64,000 nt of DNA, from assembly GCF_964204645.1 (NCBI RefSeq), contig NC_134028.1, forward strand, positions 22,812,345-22,876,344. The letters run 5' to 3'. Shown in pieces: positions 28,183 to 40,809 of this stretch. Under the pieces are notes generated by a model. That model searched no databases, was not told the DNA's origin, and worked only from the letters and a program-made list of their open reading frames with translations. Numbering within the stretch: position 1 is the stretch's first letter; every line of letters starts with the position of its first letter. The stretch comes from Tubulanus polymorphus. Its lineage: Eukaryota; Animalia; Nemertea. The position numbers and the translations under genes are program-made.

Positions 28183-29033
28183 ATTGACGGGACAGTGTGT
28201 TGAATCGGGTCCTCTCACGGGACAGTATTTAAAATCGGGTCCTCTAACGGGACAGTGTGTTGAATCGGGTCCTCTCACGGGACAGTATTTAAAATCGGGT
28301 CCTCTCACGGGACAGTATTTAAAATCGGGTCCTCTCACGGGACAGTGTGTTGAACCGGGTCCTCTTACGGGACAGTAAGTTGATTCGGGTCCTCTCACGG
28401 GACATTATTTAAAATCGGTTCCTCTCACGGGACAGTGTGTTGAACCGGGTCCTCTCACGGGACAGTAAGTTGATTCGGGTCCTCTCACGGGACAGTATTC
28501 AAATTCGGGTCCTCTCACGGGACAGTATTTAAAATTGGGTCCTCTCACGGGACAGTTTGTTGAACCGGGTCCTCTCACGGGACAGCATTTAAAATCGGGT
28601 CCTCTCACGGGACAGTATTTAAAATAGGGTCCTCTCACGGGACAGTGTGTTGAATCGGGCTTCTCACGGGACAGTGTGTTGAATCGGGCCCTCTCACGGG
28701 ACAGTGTGTTGAATCGGGTCCTCTCACGGGACAGTATTTAAGATAGGGTCCTCTCACGGGAGAGAATGTTGAACCAGGTCCTCTCACGGGACAGTATTTA
28801 AAAGTGGCTCCTCTCACGGGACATTATTTAAAATCGGGTCCTCTCACGGGACAGTGTGTTGAATCGGGTCCTCTCACGGGACAGTATTTAAAAGTGGCTC
28901 CTCTCACGGGACATTATTTAAAATCGGGTCCTCTCACGGGACAGTGTATGAACCGGGTCCTCTCACGGGACAGCATTTAAAATCGGGTCCTCTCACGGGA
29001 CAGTGTGTTGATTCGGGTCCTCTCACGGGACGG
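28183..29033 (-). repeat. Inverted copy of the same 30-bp minisatellite, ~28 units
   Basis: Units read CGGGTCCTCTCACGGGACA, the reverse complement of the left array. Confidence 0.95.
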
Positions 29034-30129
29034 TAACTTGAATCGCGGGTTCCGTTGTAAAATCCTGCGTGAAAAACGTGCATTCATATCCCCATATTGT
29101 CCCCCTGGCCCTGCAGTAAATTAGAATTTTTCGGTAGGCCTTTATGTATTTATAAATGAAATCAAAATGGAAAATGTAATAATTACAATCGATAGTTGAA
29201 TTTATTTATTCATAACCATTATAGACAGAATACATAAGAATATTGAGACTCGAAACCGCTAGCATTGGAATCGACGTTTCATGTAAGAATTCTACATTTG
29301 TCCCGTGAGAGGACCCATGTCCCGTCACAGGCCCGGGTCCTCTCACGGGACGCTGCAGTTTAACTCATATGGCTGTATGAATTTAGAACATCGTCCGTAA
29401 TTCATAGGCGGCGTTCTGGTCGATTTAATCAATGTAAGTGAGCCGTTTACAAACCGATAGAATATCAATAACACCTTTATTACACCGACTGATGATAAGT
29501 TCAAGCTATTTTTAAATGAACTGACAATGTAAGACGATGCCGAATAAAAAATAGTGTTTTAGTCTCAGGAATTAAAAGGGAACTTTGACTCTAAATCGAA
29601 AATAAGTCATGATCCATTGTTGAAAATATGCTAATTACCGAACACAAACGTTCTATAAGCTAAATATAAGAAGTTAATAAAGTGCCACTCAATAACATGA
29701 AAGGCTAAACCAAACATTTTTACGACTTAGGTTAAATTTTTCCGTATGCAACCCGACCAGTTAGAACCCAACTGTTTAACTTATCCTAGGCCTAATTAAT
29801 GGCCGGTGTTGTGTGGGCAAAGACTAGAGCCCGTTTGACTGTCAGTGTCACTGTCTTTGGTAGTTAGTTACCTAATCGTTGGTGGTAAGCTTTTTATAAT
29901 CGGATGGGCTTATGTGGTTTGTGAAAATATCCGATCGTGAAACTAAACCGCAGACAGGTTACTGACTATGTCTTTGGGATTGTGGGTTCGACCATGCGCA
30001 TTGCTGTAGTGTCCCGGCCTAAACGATGATTCATTTGGACTGCACAACCCTACTGATTGGATTAAAACACCGAAATTAAGCAAAATATCCCAAAAAGGTT
30101 GATGCCAAATGGAAAATAAATAGACTTTA

Positions 30130-30345
30130 GACACTTATCCTCATTGCCTCTCTTCACCCTGGAGTAAATGGGTACCTGATGGATGATTCCTAAGCACCCA
30201 ACAGCGGCTTAGATTGGTACTTCTCCCCAGGGAGATGATCTGATAAATGGCAAGAGTTATAGGCTGGGGGTAATCATACCAATCTAATGGAAAGCGCGGT
30301 TTAACATAGTGTCACAGTGAAAAGGGTGCGATCGAAATTGAATTA
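30130..30345 (+). mobile_element. SINE body fragment
   Basis: CACTTATCCTCATTGCCTCTCTTCACCCTGGAGTAAATGGGTACCTG...CTCCCCAGGGAG...AAAGCGC resembles the conserved central/tail region of invertebrate tRNA-SINEs (recognised from memory, not searched). Confidence 0.45.
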
Positions 30346-30435
30346 CTAATATCTATATTTTCATATCTGGAACAGCAGCAGGACATTCTGGAATCTGATT
30401 ATTTATCAACACATAGTTCACACCTCGCATACAGA

Positions 30436-33400
30436 ATGTCGACACCCGAAATAGAGAAAGGTCTCAGGTTGAAAACCGTTGTTCAGTTACGCGAAGAATG
30501 TACGAAAAATAACCTACCGACAAACGGAAATAAAGCTGAACTCATCAGACGTTTGAAGGAACATCGGAAAAATGAGGAAGAAGGTTTGTTATAGCTACCC
30601 TTTATCCGATGAATAACTCTACTACCAAATTTGATACTACTAGGATGACCCAAACCCGTTTCAATTATCCTCCATCAAATCGAACCTGATAGCTCTGCCG
30701 GACTCTGTCGCGGTACCATCCTACCCTGGGAGGAATTTCGAATCTAATGGCATTGCTTGATTTAGCCACGATACAAAACCCTGCCACAATAGACTGTGTG
30801 CACACATTTTATGTTTTGTATTTTCTATTCAATTCAAGGTGTGTTACACTCAGTTAGAAATACTTCTACATCAGCAGATGTTTTTGTATAAAATCGCTTA
30901 GCAAAACGCCTGTTCTGCCTGGTTTATTATTATAAGGTTGTCCCATGTTTAAAGTCACTAATCTTCTCAGGGTTCAGTTTGAAGTATGGGTATGCATGTT
31001 ACCTATTAGATGGGTTTACACCGGTAGTACACTGAAGTCTCTAAGATAGACTCGTTTTGTAATGGTTTTTGTCCGTCGTAAATTTAAGGGACTGTTCTGG
31101 CTATAGGCCCATAAATTCATTTAATTGACTTGATGTCGTATAGAACATATGAAATTGTAGGAACAGGTCCTTTTGGTTTTTGAATGTGTTTCTTCATTCA
31201 ATTTATCTGCGAATTTGAAACTGGGCCATTAGGGGATTTCTTTGATTAAAAATGTTTATACCTTGCAGCCGCTTCAAAAGTGGAAGAGCCAGTTGTCAAA
31301 GAAGAACCCGCAGCTGAAGAGCTAGTAATCAAAGAAGAACCCGCAGCTAAAGATAAGGAAGAACCAATGGAGGATGAAGAACCGATAGATGAGGATGAAC
31401 TTCTTAAAAATGATGATGATGATGATGATGATGAACAGGAGGGAGGAGAACCAGAAATCGAAAAAGAAGATGAAGAACCATCGGCTGAAGATGTTACAAT
31501 GAAGGTAGGCTACGTGATAATTGTCATATCTATTTCCCTGATTCCCTGGTTAGGCCAAAAATTAGGCACATTTCAGGGAATTTTAGATTCCCTCATCTTT
31601 AAGAAGCCTGTAAAAACAAGATTGCTTGTTTCTAAACCTGTCGTTGTTTGTTAAGGCTTATTATCTTCATTATTCTCGATCGTAGACAACGGCAGAAACT
31701 GAAGAGAAAAATGGAGAAGATAAAGGGGAAAATGAAGAGGAGAGTGCGGAAAATGGAAAAGAAGATGAGAAAACAGAGGAAGCGGCCGGAGATGAGGAGG
31801 AAAATAAACAATCTGCAGAAGGTGATAAGGAGGGCGGTGAAGAGGAAGCAGCTGCTGCTGCTGAAGAGGAAATAGAGGAGGAACAACCAGAAGAGGAATT
31901 GCCGTAAGTTTTAGTTACAAATGGTTTAAGTTGTTGTAGGAATCCCATAATTGTAAAAATTTACTAAAAAAAGTTTTATCATGATATGGGTCTATAACTA
32001 TTTTGTGTCGTTGCTGCAAACCCCTTCTTCAGTCTAAAACGACTCTAAAGCCCGAGAAAGGGAAGTATTAACCGCTTCAGTATTCTATATTTTGAAAAGT
32101 CATTTTACAGTAGCTGGACTTAGTAGTTGTATTACTACATAACAGATATTTAAATTTCATGAAGCGATTCATTCAGTTGACATAAATGAGGCAAATTGAT
32201 TCAGTAGACTTTTTCAGTGAGTCAGTGAAGTGTATTTGATATTGCGCAATGCTTGAATACGATGCTATGACTTTCAGTGAATTGGCCGATTCCGAAATCG
32301 AGGAACACGTTTTACATAAAGATGACACTAAAAAGACGATCACCTGTAAATTGTGTTTGGAAAAGATTCAAATGGACGAAGAAGAGGTGAGTTTTAAATA
32401 TTGAATCATTAATATTCAGAGGTGGATCTAGGAGGGTGCAGACCCCTGTTGTCCTCTGGAGGTTACAGCTCTTTTTTTCAAGACAGTGCAATTTGAGACT
32501 CATCCTCTCTCAGAAAGTGAGTCCCACGTTCCAATTTTTCTAGATCCACCCCGGATTTTGAAAATTAAATCTATTCAGCCAGTAATTGTAAATGTTCATT
32601 TCTTTACAAAAAAAAATTGAGACAGAAATCATGTTTTCTTTCAGGCGTTAACGAAACACTTGGAGGATGAAGGACACAAGTCGAAATTCGAAACCTACAA
32701 AGAAAAGTGTAAAGGTAGATTAGTTTTAGAATTATATTAGAATAATAAGAAAGTGGTTACAAAAGGTCGTGTTTTCTTATGAGGTCTTTTTGGCCCCCTC
32801 CTGTGCCTGTGCAGGGCATACAGAATATTGTCAACTTTTCTGAGTAATTCTGGCTTTGAAAAAGTCTTTTGGAATTTACCTTAGGAATAGGCCTATGTCA
32901 TCTGATTATTATCATAAATTTCAGGCTACAAGCTCGTTGGTATCTATGTAACTTGTGAAGTAAGTATCAGTTGATTTTGATATTCTCTGATCTATTTGTT
33001 AAAAAAATATTTCTCCAATTCTTCATTTCAATATCGTTGCTGTTTATCAGCACATTTCACCAGATGGCGCTGTTGTAATGTTAGTCATTGATTATTTTCA
33101 TAGCTGTGCGATCGTGAAATGGCGTACGATGAGTGGGATTATCATCAGGATACCGATCGTCACAATCTGGTAAATAATCTCAAATATCCGAGCTTCCGAA
33201 AAACAGAAATTTTACACATCATTAAATTTATTGTAATTCATCAGAGCTTTAATGACAATTATTAATATAGCACGATACTTCATTACTTCAGTATCAATGC
33301 CTTTGATAAGATTTTAGGAAATTTGATGCATCCAAAGCTTGGAAAATTTGAGAACAAAGAAATATTGTTAATTGGATCATAGTGCGATATTTTACAGAAA

Positions 33401-36400
33401 TCGCTTTACAAATCCATGAATGTGGTAGTTTTAAAGATGCATGGTATTAACCCTTATCGACCAGGCAGCTATTTTAACTAAAATATTGGGGGATACAATC
33501 ATTTAGTTTGAAAGATTGCGCGTTACATCATCTAGGGATATAGAAGTGTGTAAGACATTGATTACGGATCCAGACTGAATTCAACTATTGTCAGTATTGA
33601 CTAGTCAAACATGGGACGCTAAGGGTTAAAGAAAAAAATAATTTTTCAGTTATGAAAGAACAATTCAGTCTAACGGTCACAATGTAATATCCAGAAATGA
33701 TCGCATAATCTAATCTTCATTTATTTTCAGCCTATGTATGCCGATATTTTCCTCATTCACAATATTTCGAAATTTTCATTCGATCGGCGAGCCTTTCACC
33801 GGGCGCCATTGACCGTGTTGTAGTCGACGGTACCTAAAGTCGTATTCGTCGAAACCGTACGCTAAATGTGCAGTGCTTTTTGCTCTCTATTTGTAGAATA
33901 AATTATTGGTGGAAAACGGAGGTACGTTCGTTCGTAGAAAAAAAAATGAATACGCAACACAAGACTATTTGATTCGTCTGAGTCTGGCGGTAGCGCTCGC
34001 GTTAACTACCGAATGAATTTCATTCGAACGAAATCTTTTCATTCACATTTTGTCGAACGACAACAACCACAAAGACGTCGTCGTCGCGAGGATTTAATCG
34101 ATTATTGTTTGACTCTCGTGCTTTCACCGCGGCAATTTCGAGCCGACAGGCGAAATTTCGAGACGATCGAAGCGAAATTTCGAAACCGCGAAAATGAGGA
34201 GAGAATTATAGCGACAGATGTTTAGACATTTGAAATTCGTATCGACAAGCATAAATAGGCGTCGCCAGTTTCGTCGTCTGTCAATCATCCCGCCGTCTGT
34301 CAGTCATCCAGTCGCAGACGGAACAAGATTTTTCGCGCATCTCTTTGACGATTTTGGCGTCTGCGAAAAAATGTCATTCGAACTAAAGACATTTTTCCGC
34401 GCGACGTGCAACGACGATGTCGATGCATTTTACGTCGATTGTTTTCTACCCATAAGTTCTGTTGTGTGTGGCGCACCACGTGATCATTCGATTCCTCGAT
34501 TCATTTTGAGATACTTTTTCGATTCAGGAAATTGAAGAATAAAAAAATTCGTCACATTCGTGTGTATAAATATGTATTGTCATTCACAACGAAAACAGAA
34601 ACTAATTTTTCGAACACATTTTTGAACACGGGAGGACAAAATTTTTTTTTCGAAATCGCAGCATCACAACACATGAAATCTTCATCTATTTTTGAGAGAA
34701 TTAATCTTTTGACTTGTTTTTGTTTAATCGAATGTTTACAGTTTCAGCCGGGGTTGAATCGATGTTTATTTCGTTTTTCCGATATTTTTGAATTTTCAGT
34801 CGATGCTCTTACGGCACCGTACGCGGTCATACAAAAACAGGTCGATGAGAACAACACGATTGAAAGCCCGTTCATCGGTAGGTGACCACAACGAGAAATA
34901 GTCATGGAATTTGACTTAAAAGATTCATGAAATTTGGTTTATAAAGTTATATGGAATTTGGCTAAAAGAGGTCATCAGAGTGACTACTTACCTGGAAATA
35001 TCGGGAAATACTTTTTTTGTAAAAAAAGAAAAAGCTATCATCAGGGAAAAGTCTGGGAATTTGTTGAAATTGAGATTGCTAGATTATGCGTAAAATCAAA
35101 CAGTTTCCATCTATGGCTTACGTATTTAAGTGTGCTCATTGGATTTGATTTTTAGCAGGTCAAATCAGGGAAAACAACTTAAATGTCAGGGAATGATCAG
35201 GGAAAAGGCTATTCAAATAAACGTGGCCACCCTGTCAATGTAATTAGGATCGGAATTGCTCCTGAATGAATCCTCGTCGACAGGTTTTGAAGAGTTTTCA
35301 TCTCTTGTTGTTGCAGGATTATTTTGGTTGCAAGAGATCATCGATGCGAAAACGATCGACGACTTTAAAATACGATACGCGTGTAATTGTTGCCGCATCA
35401 CCGAGGCTGAGGGTAAAACTATGGAAGAAATCGTCGAACACATTAAAACCACGAAACATATCATCAACGCAATTGTAAGTATGATCGTCACAAGTCACGG
35501 TCCCTACGACTCCTCGATTCCTTAAAAACAGCTTCTAAACCAAAACCATGCGTTCGAAGGTGCTTGAAACTACTTTAATTTGAGCAAAATACCCAACTCC
35601 TTCAATTTTAAGAAAAAGGCAATTTTAAATTTACAGTTAGCTACGCTAAATCGGTATATTTGGAACCGGGATTCTTCTTACGCAATCAGTCGGTTACCAA
35701 ATTAGCAACTGAGTTTAGGTAGTGTAAAGGATAAAACTGCTTACAAAACCAAATAAATGGTTTACCGAGACAAGCACTACAAATTTAGGAGGAGCCTACA
35801 CTGTAATTGGCATACGAAAGTGATGCAGACACTTCCTTTGAAACTTCTTATGCCCAGGAATGACTGATCTGTAGGGACCCTCAATAATCCACAATTATTG
35901 CCGCAGTACCCCCTTCCCATGAATAGGAATAACCATTGCGATTCTAATTTCTATCCTAGGAAAAGCATCACAAAGACGTGTACAACGTGTGCAAACTGAT
36001 GGTCGACACGTTCAACCGTTCACGGCCGGTGACCGCTAAACCTCGCAAACTCGAGGACGAGGTTTTGACCTACATTAAAGACAACGGGAAGGAATTCTTT
36101 CGCCGGCTGAAAATCAAAACGAAGATCATTCTCGGCGAGGACCACATTCGTGCGATCAAAGCTAAATACGGAGTACGAACACGTTTTTAAGGAAACATAG
36201 TTTAAACTACAGTTAACCTCGTCCATCTCTGACTTTTCATTTGACTCTGACAAAAACAAACTTATTTTCTGATTTCTGATCATCAACTACCAGACTAGTC
36301 GTATCTTAACACAGAAGATTATAAGTTGATGCATTTATTTTTTTGTTTTCAGTGCGAGAAAGTGCCGCATGAAGTCCTGAAAAATGCCAAAGTTGAATTA

Positions 36401-39400
36401 GGTTTGTGTTTGTTTATAGTCTTTACTTTTCATAGCTGGGACTATTATTATATTGTCGATCTATCAAAATGACAATATGTACTTAAAATTCAACAGAACT
36501 AGAAACACAGATTGGGACTGAAAATCAACAAATATTATCAATGAAAACCATTGTGAAAACCATTGTAAACCATATCCAAGTGAATTAGTTTTAACTGGAA
36601 AGTCACATTGAACTGAGATCTGGATCTAACTGATAACGACATTATAACTTAAAGTTAACTATAACTGTTTAACAGTATATTATAATGTCATATGAGGATA
36701 GAAGAAAAAATCTTGATAAAGAATTTTGATGTTTTATATTTGTCGTTCATCGTCTATAGAACCAGATTTGAAAGCGAAGATACAAGATGAAATGGATCGT
36801 TGTAGGAGGCCTATTGTCGGTATGTTTGTTACGTTAGACATCCGAAAATTCGAACGCGGATCCTCGCTTGGATTTAACTCCGTTAAATCTGTCGATATTT
36901 CAGGGTTGAATATGATATCTGAGCGTCAGTATTTGAACGGCGACCTCGAGTACTTTTGCATTCTGTGTCACGAAGAAGTGAAAACGGCGAACCTCACCAG
37001 ACATCTGGCCGGAAAACAGCACAAAAAGAAATTTCTGGTACGTATTTCATCTCAAACGATCTTTTTATTCCCTGATTTTTTGTTGCAAGATTCACTCAAG
37101 AACTAAGTAAGGCTAAAGGGATGGATCATTTATTAATTACGTACGCATAAAATTTGAATTTTTCAACCCCCCTCCCCCTCTATGCAAAATCGGCCATCAG
37201 CATTACAGTACGCAATCACACTGACCCCTTCCCCCTCCCCTAATGCATACGTAATAAATGAATGACCCCCAAAAGAAAAAATGATACCTCGTTTTCCCTA
37301 GTCGGCTGGGGTCATTTTGTAAACTACAATCAAATTTGTAATCAGTTCATTTCTCTAACAGCTGGGTCCGTTATTGTTAGCTTGATCGTGATTTCGATAA
37401 GTAATGTATATGTTAGATAGGTGGCCGGCCCGGTCATCAGAATGAGAAACGGGGTATAAAATTTCATGCCTACTGTCAGCTGAGAGATGTTTAATCTTTT
37501 GCTCTTGTTGACACTATTTCGATCATTTCTCGTAGAGTAAATACCACCCGGACGAGTACAAGAAAATCAGCGATCAGCTGAAATGGGTCGAAGGCATTTC
37601 GAACGACGCGATAAAGGAACGACGAAAAAAAGCCGATGAGCAGATCATTACGATCTGCGCGAATTATCTCGATAAATATCCTCGGCCGCAAGTTCTCGTC
37701 GGACTAAAAGCAGGAAAATCGATGCCACGTACGTGTAGATATATATATGTAGACATGTATACCTCATATACTTTCAGGGTCCCTAACAACTCCTTATTTC
37801 CTAAGAAACTCCTTCTAAATAGAAAATTCTTTCGAAGGTGCTGCTGTCAGAATGAATTAGGCTCTGAGTTCAGTAGTAGCGTCAATGATTAGAATTTGCC
37901 AACCAAACTTAAACAGTTTAGGTAGAGCACCGATTTACTGTAATCCCAAACTTTAACAGTTAAGGTAGAGCTCCGATTTACTGTAATCCCAAACTTTAAC
38001 AGTTTAGGTAGAGCTCCGATTTACTGTAATCCCAAACTTTAACAGTTTAGGTAGAGCACCGATTTACTGTAATCGGGATATGAAAGTGATACAGACGCTT
38101 CCTTGGAATATGAAATGTTCTCCTTAAATCTTAAGAAAGCCTGATCTGTAGGGTACCCGACTAGATTAATGTTGATAACGTTGTTTCTCATTCGTGCAGT
38201 GTTCAAGAATAAGAAAGACGATATGGCGAAAAAAGGTGGACGCAAACGGAGAATGGGCAACGAAAGAGGTGATGGGATGAACGAAGGACCTCCGCCGAAT
38301 AAAAGGTGAATAGAAAATCGCTTTGTTCAACATATTTTCATGATGATTTCCCTGTGAAAAAGCGCATGAACTGATATATATAACTTATGTCGAAATTTTC
38401 TTTTCATGCGGAAATAACAGATGGAACTCGTCCGGTGAGTGAATATGTTGATAAATGGTTTACGTGTTCTGTCGTACGGTGAAATGATAAATAAACTGGA
38501 ACGCTGATTCAAAAATCCACTTAATGCTAACAAGTTGCTCAAATGAACTATGTCAACTATTCACTGGTTAACTCATAGTTTTGAGCAACAGGGTCATTGT
38601 GTTTTAGCCCAGTGTTCCCTCACTGTTGGCAATTGACTATAGATTCTTCGTATAGTTCTATGGTTTCGTATTCAAGTGATCGTAAATCGATTCTATCCGC
38701 GTTTCAGGAGGAGGAACGAGAGGTCATCACGGCGGTGGAAGAGGTGGATCGAGAGGCGGAGGTGGATTCAGAGGCGGTCATCATATGGATAACCGAGGTT
38801 ACCGCGGACGTGATAACTACGACAGAGGTTACAGCCACGGAGGTCGAGATCGAGGTTACGCGGGATATGAAAACCGCGGGTACGGAGGAGGAGGAGGTAG
38901 TCAGGGAGGAGGTTACGATAGGGGTTATGGAGGCGAAAGCGGCGGGTATGGAGGTGGTCGAGATAACTACGGAGGTGATCGAGGTTATGATAGAGGTTAT
39001 GGAGGCAGTGCTGGGGCTGGTTATAATGATCGCGAGAGAGGTTACTCGGGTGGAGGACATTGGTAAGCGATCGATTATTTCTAATTCAAATTTCTTATAA
39101 AACCTTAGCTTTCATTTTATTCCAACTTCACTATAATCGCATTATCTTTTTTTAGGCAAGAGTCAGAGCGTTGGGGCGATCGAAGACAGGTGAGTTGAAC
39201 ATCATATTTTTCCTTCCTATGTTCATATCAGATGACATTTTTCAGACTAGGCCTTCGGGCTAAAACTGCTGGTTTTGTTGCTTTTAGTTACTGCCTATTT
39301 TAAATTAGAACAACAAGCTCACTTCAAAATCAATCATAAAAGTGTCAAATTAAGCTTCATTTCCGCAGTTCAATATGCGTATTTAAACATCAAAGCAACT

Positions 39401-40305
39401 TGCAGCACTTATAGAATATTGACGTGCTATTCCTTCTATTTCTGGCAGGGTCAGCATGTATAAGGGATGTCTGATTTTCAAAGGGTTAGGATGTAAAATT
39501 GAAAGGGGTAGCCGCCCCTCTGAAACCTGTTGTGGAGAACACTGTGTCCATGAAAGTGAACTGTGGACTAACTTATTTATATCTACTTCAGGGTGATAGT
39601 GGAGCTGGTGGAGGTGGAAGAGATTATAGAGATGTGGAAATGGTGGAAAGAATCTCATTTGCTTTGGCTAAACAGATGATGGGAGGACGACAGGTACAGT
39701 ACAACCAGGGGCGGATCTAGGATTATGCATGCCGGGGGGTGTCCAATGAGAAAAAAAGGCTCTCTATGAAACACCACGTAATCCGGATACTTCTACAACA
39801 TTTTAGGGGGTGCTTTGGGTCATTTCATGCGTTGAAAAAATATTATAGGTGGAAAACCTTGGTCAAAAAAATTTTGGCGTGAAATTTTTGAGGGTACTTC
39901 AAAGTTGAGGTGGGGTCCGGACACCCCGACATCCCCCCTAGATCCGCCCCTGACAACCACCCAACCACTCATTAGAAAATCAGAAAAGATCAGGGAAATT
40001 TTGGTTTCTTGTTGCTTTTGCTGGTGACACATGGCGCAATTAAGGAACCTTTTGAAAAGAGAAGGCTTCCACTGGATTACTTCAAATTCAATTAGGGAAT
40101 ATTGGTGAATGTGTCAGGGCAATTCAAGGTTTTAGGATTCATTGATCTGTAGAAGTGTATTGATGAACTGTCGTTTATATTTCAGGGTGGAAGTGGAAGT
40201 GGTCGCGGCGGTGGAAGTGGAGCTGGTGGTCATTACTACGACGATCGCGACTACGGTAGAGGGTATGGAGGTGGGGGCGGCAGCCATCAAGGAAATTACT
40301 ATTGA
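30436..40305 (+). CDS. Uncharacterised SAP-domain / 4x C2H2 (U1/matrin-type) zinc-finger / RGG-tail protein, paralog 1
   Basis: Exons 30436-30583, 31269-31504, 31686-31903, 32278-32386, 32645-32714, 32925-32959, 33104-33169, 33897-33921, 34800-34877, 35317-35474, 35960-36172, 36353-36401, 36760-36819, 36904-37037, 37536-37728, 38200-38305, 38421-38434, 38708-39062, 39156-39189, 39592-39693, 40186-40305 give a continuous frame. SAP: LKTVVQLREECTKNNLPTNGNKAELIRRLKEH. Fingers: CKLC..H.....H, CELC..HQDTDRH, CNCC..HIKTTKH, CILC..HLAGKQH. The structure is corroborated exon by exon by paralog 2. Confidence 0.85.
33447..33629. mobile_element. Second TTAA/CCC-terminated MITE family
   Basis: TTAACCCTTA...TAAGGGTTAA termini. 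Confidence 0.55.
37122..37270. mobile_element. Small TIR element (GATCATTTATTAATTACGTACGC...TACGTAATAAATGAATGACCC)
   Basis: A second, interrupted copy lies at ~8608-8972. Confidence 0.6.
37902..38073. repeat. 44-bp minisatellite
   Basis: AACAGTTTAGGTAGAGC.CCGATTTACTGTAATCCCAAACTTT about 4 times. Confidence 0.9.
39706..39952. mobile_element. CAGGGGCGGATCTAGG-terminated MITE
   Basis: ACAAC|CAGGGGCGGATCTAGG...CCTAGATCCGCCCCTG|ACAAC (5-bp TSD). Related copies at ~9543-9826 and ~32417-32553. Confidence 0.8.
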
Positions 40306-40750
40306 TTACTAAACCTGTCTCCAGTATCAGACATTTTATAAACTGTGTATATATCTATGAATGTGTAAGTTGAACTGTGTCATGCACCACAAATATTCAG
40401 TAAATGGTTGTGTGAATTTTTAATTGCTGTTGCTCTTGACATGTTGTAACGCTGGTCTTAATGTTCGTCTTTTTGCAAATTATGTGTTCATAAAATAGAT
40501 GGTTGAAATAAAGATCATGGTATTCAATAATTTGGTTATTTTTTGTCTAGTTTTGCGGTGGACAATTTTGCTCTGCAGAATGATTTTGATTGCAGAAATA
40601 TCTGTAATAGAATGGATGTTGCCTGGCACAGGCCCCAATTTCTCTAGGAGAGAAGATAGATGTCCCAGCATCCTATGGGACAGCACAAAGAAACACTTCT
40701 AAAAAAATTAAACCATTAGTAGAGGGGCTTTATAAACGTTTGTTGGCAGG

Positions 40751-40809
40751 GTATCCTAGGTACCACCTATAAAAAAATACTTCTTTTTTATAGGTGGTAC
40801 CTAGGATAC
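40751..40809. repeat. Perfect 26-bp inverted repeat with a 7-nt loop (palindromic MITE core)
   Basis: GTATCCTAGGTACCACCTATAAAAAA-ATACTTC-TTTTTTATAGGTGGTACCTAGGATAC. A related palindromic element lies at ~41487-41598. Confidence 0.85.

Larger units (their letters stand above)
26302..29371. mobile_element. Non-autonomous foldback-like DNA transposon with TIRs and inverted internal 30-bp arrays
   Basis: Left end GTTAAACTGCAGC...GTCCCGTGAGAGGACC.GGGCCTGTGACGGGACAT (26309-~26367) is the reverse complement of the right end (~29318-29364). GCTGTATG at 26294-26301 and 29372-29379 lies 7 bp outside each TIR core. No transposase ORF. Confidence 0.8.

Noticed and set aside
27142-28817. Cys-rich repeat ORFs (CPVRGPDSTH)n and (GPLTGQ)n
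   Set aside because: These are by-products of a 30-bp repeat. They are open on both strands, interrupted by stops and indels, and have no splice or start context.
26780-29033. CRISPR-like appearance (constant 19-nt repeat plus variable segment)
   Set aside because: The variable parts are only 11 nt and recur as a few types. There are no cas genes, the context is eukaryotic, and the arrays lie inside TIRs.
38338-38376. C-box (ATGATGA) and D-box (CTGA) pair in a paralog-1 intron
   Set aside because: The boxes are only ~30 nt apart, too short for a box C/D snoRNA.
38597-39100. Alternative-frame Glu/Val-rich and antisense Ser/Thr-rich ORFs over the RGG exon (likewise 49965-50330)
   Set aside because: These are shadow frames of Gly-rich codon repeats. 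Splice phases in both paralogs select the Gly/Arg/Tyr frame.
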